Assembly: GCA_000934665.2 (NCBI GenBank)
Contig: KZ538959.1
Span: 1-38,609 of the forward strand
Direction of reading: 5' to 3'
Source: Catajapyx aquilonaris
Taxonomy: Eukaryota
DNA length: 38,609 bases
In this document: positions 36,550 to 38,609 of the stretch, piece by piece
Position numbering within the stretch: the first letter of the stretch is position 1
How the letters are laid out: every line of letters begins with the position of its first letter
Position numbers and translations under genes: made by a program
The notes under the pieces: generated by a model
The model's database searches: none
What the model saw: the letters and a program-made list of their open reading frames with translations, nothing else
Told to the model about the DNA's origin: nothing

Positions 36550-38480
36550 TACCTCCCTCTGAATAATCTAGGCCTATTTTCAGTGACACGCAATGGCTGT
36601 GTGTAGCTTCCCTGACAAAACTGATAGCCTCGTGATCTGCCTAGCGTGCAATGCAGATGACGGAAATCCCATTTCTCCGCTGATGAAGCAGGTCAACAAC
36701 TTCAATTGCAGTTAAATCAGTACTGCTAAAGCAATCCTTGCGTGGTCCCCTCGAGCGACAAACCAAGTCGAGCATGGGGCCCCGTGTCGCTGCTGCATTA
36801 ATTTCTCTTTCCCCATAAACACGAGGGGGGCTAGTCGATACACGATCGCTACCAGTTGTTATCCCATTCGGTATGGAGTACTGCAAATCCGACCCCGCCA
36901 GATTAATCTCCTAGACAATCTCATATTGGACAAAAGGGTGGAGCATACAAAAATGTACACTGACACGATGTAGGTGACAGCCGACAAACCACATGTTGAG
37001 TACAAAAACTGGGCCTTCCGCTCAATTAACCAGAGTCCCGCTCATAAAAACCGGGCTTTATCGCGATGTCTTCGGTGCCCCATTTATGTCACAAGTGTGT
37101 CAACTTCGTACACGTAAGGCAGAAGCCTGGGATATCCGCACCCCCGAATTTGCTGGCGCTAAACTGATCATTTTTCATGGGTTCAGGGGGGTGATCCCTG
37201 GGAACAGTGCACAAGACGTTGATGATGACAGTTGCCGGTGACAAACGCAGTTTGTGGGGCCGTAGATTGGAAACCAAACAGCCCAAAGTATGGTCCAGCT
37301 CACCTCGTAGAATAAACCGAATGACCCAATCCATTTCACCCTCGCACCGCCAACGCTCCGAACCCCCCTCTATAGGCAGTGATATTAAAGCACTACCATG
37401 TGTCAAAGTGACCAATAACTCACCGATACCGTACGGCAGGCGGGAGATGCTCACCGCAGAAAAGAGATACGCGTAGGCCTCCACCCATACGGTGAGGTTG
37501 GAACAAACGCAGTAAAAGTGTCAACAGCACACTTTTTCAGCACCAATTAAGTGTAAGTGCAGCAACTGCGCAGTAGAGTGCGCTACAGAGCATATGCGCA
37601 GAACGCTGCGCAGTAGATAACATGCGCAGTACAGTGCGCAAATTTGATCGTTTCATCTCAACAAATGCCTGATGTCATTAGCACTGAAGCCAAAATAAGG
37701 TCGACAAATACCCCCTCGGAATTCAAGTGTCATCAGGCTTTGAATGAAATAAGAAGCGTGGAAGGAATCTCCCGGGTTAATGAGGTAAGGCTTGCTTATT
37801 GATCCACTGGGAGTCGCAGTAACACCCTCCAAAATGTTGGACAGAGCATGGTGCATCGCTAAATCGTCGACAACAATGAGGCTCTTTTCTCCTCGCAAGC
37901 TCCTATCTTAAAAGGCCACCTGTCACGCGATGTAACCATCCAGTAACACGCCTGGGTTTTTGCCACATTCCGGTTTTAATAACCCGGGGCGTGAAAAAGC
38001 CGCAAAGTATTGAAAAGGGACCGGGCATTAGGTGGCTTAGCGGCCCAATTTCGCTTTTAATTATCCGCGGTACACACCGGGAGAATAATATTGAAAACGA
38101 AAGCATGTTTGGCCCAGTATCGTAACCTTGCCTGAAACAACAACAAAAAAAAGTGCGTCATAAAAGCCCAGCCAATCAATTTGTGTAATGTGGTGGAAAA
38201 TCGCAGGGAGCCGGGCATTCATTTTGAGCGAAATGAAATGATGATGTGGGTTGCGCCGCGGCAATAAAAGTAGCAAAAAGGCTATGCCACGACATGAATG
38301 GTATTAGGAGACCCCCCAGATCAGGCCCAAATGAGGAATAACTGGTGACATAAAAGTCCCTTCGAACGGCCATTGCAGGAAGAAGCCAGCGGTTATGGCG
38401 ACGGAAGAATCCTCCAGCTGAATATGTCCGAATCCGCTTTGATTTCCAGGACATTTGGAGAAAATATTAGTAGGTACACA
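36550..38480 (-). mobile_element. Degenerate Ingi-like RT-thumb-RNase H
   Basis: WKSKRI; QIDWLGFYDA (domain 3); IKTGMWQ (4); LIVVDDLAM (5); SPYGWRP and SRLPYGIGE (thumb); VPRDHPPEPMK; WGTED and FSSTDL (RNase H). Confidence 0.6.
37565..37662. repeat. TGCGCA-rich short dispersed element, copy 2 (inside an RT remnant)
   Basis: Five TGCGCA (37567, 37595, 37607, 37623, 37635) and terminal gtttcatctcaac. Confidence 0.9.
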
Positions 38481-38498
38481 TTTACGATTGTAACCAGC

Positions 38499-38583
38499 AC
38501 TGCGCAGAAAGCATATGCGCAGTACATGTGCGCAGAACGGCTGCGCAGAAGATAACATGTGCAGAACCGTCCCTATCCTCAAC
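38499..38583. repeat. TGCGCA-rich short dispersed element, copy 3
   Basis: Four TGCGCA (38501, 38516, 38529, 38542). ctgcgcagaagataacatgtgcag matches copy 2. Ends in tcctcaac. Confidence 0.85.
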
Positions 38584-38609
38584 GTAACAGCATGTACGCT
38601 CCCCCCCCC

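Noticed and set aside
1..38609. Bacterial retron, DGR or defence RT system
   Set aside because: The RT motifs are LINE- or LTR-class and disrupted. There are no operons, msr-msd or TR/VR pairs.

Overview
Gene-free, repeat-dense DNA, almost certainly eukaryotic, from a draft assembly (N-gaps sit at poly-G/poly-C runs). I find no intact host gene, rRNA, tRNA, CRISPR array or prokaryotic operon, and nearly all listed ORFs are spurious or pieces of decayed frames. Read frame by frame, the window is a mosaic of about 25 heavily decayed non-LTR retrotransposon fragments on both strands (AP endonuclease, RT domains 0-7, RNase H). Several resemble the Ingi clade, most clearly 29530-31700 (+). One fragment (34803-36030, -) has an LTR/DIRS-class RT-RNase H that stops with no integrase after it. 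Non-coding signals: a 37-bp hairpin nested in a 13-bp stem just 5' of an endonuclease ORF (19207-19378); a three-copy ~90-bp element built on TGCGCA; about 20 TACAGTA/TACTGTA heptamers that look like Tc1/mariner excision footprints; and a TTAGG-type satellite inside an RT remnant. Protein calls come from by-eye motif recognition against remembered family consensus, not from searches. Element boundaries are approximate (about +/-100 nt).
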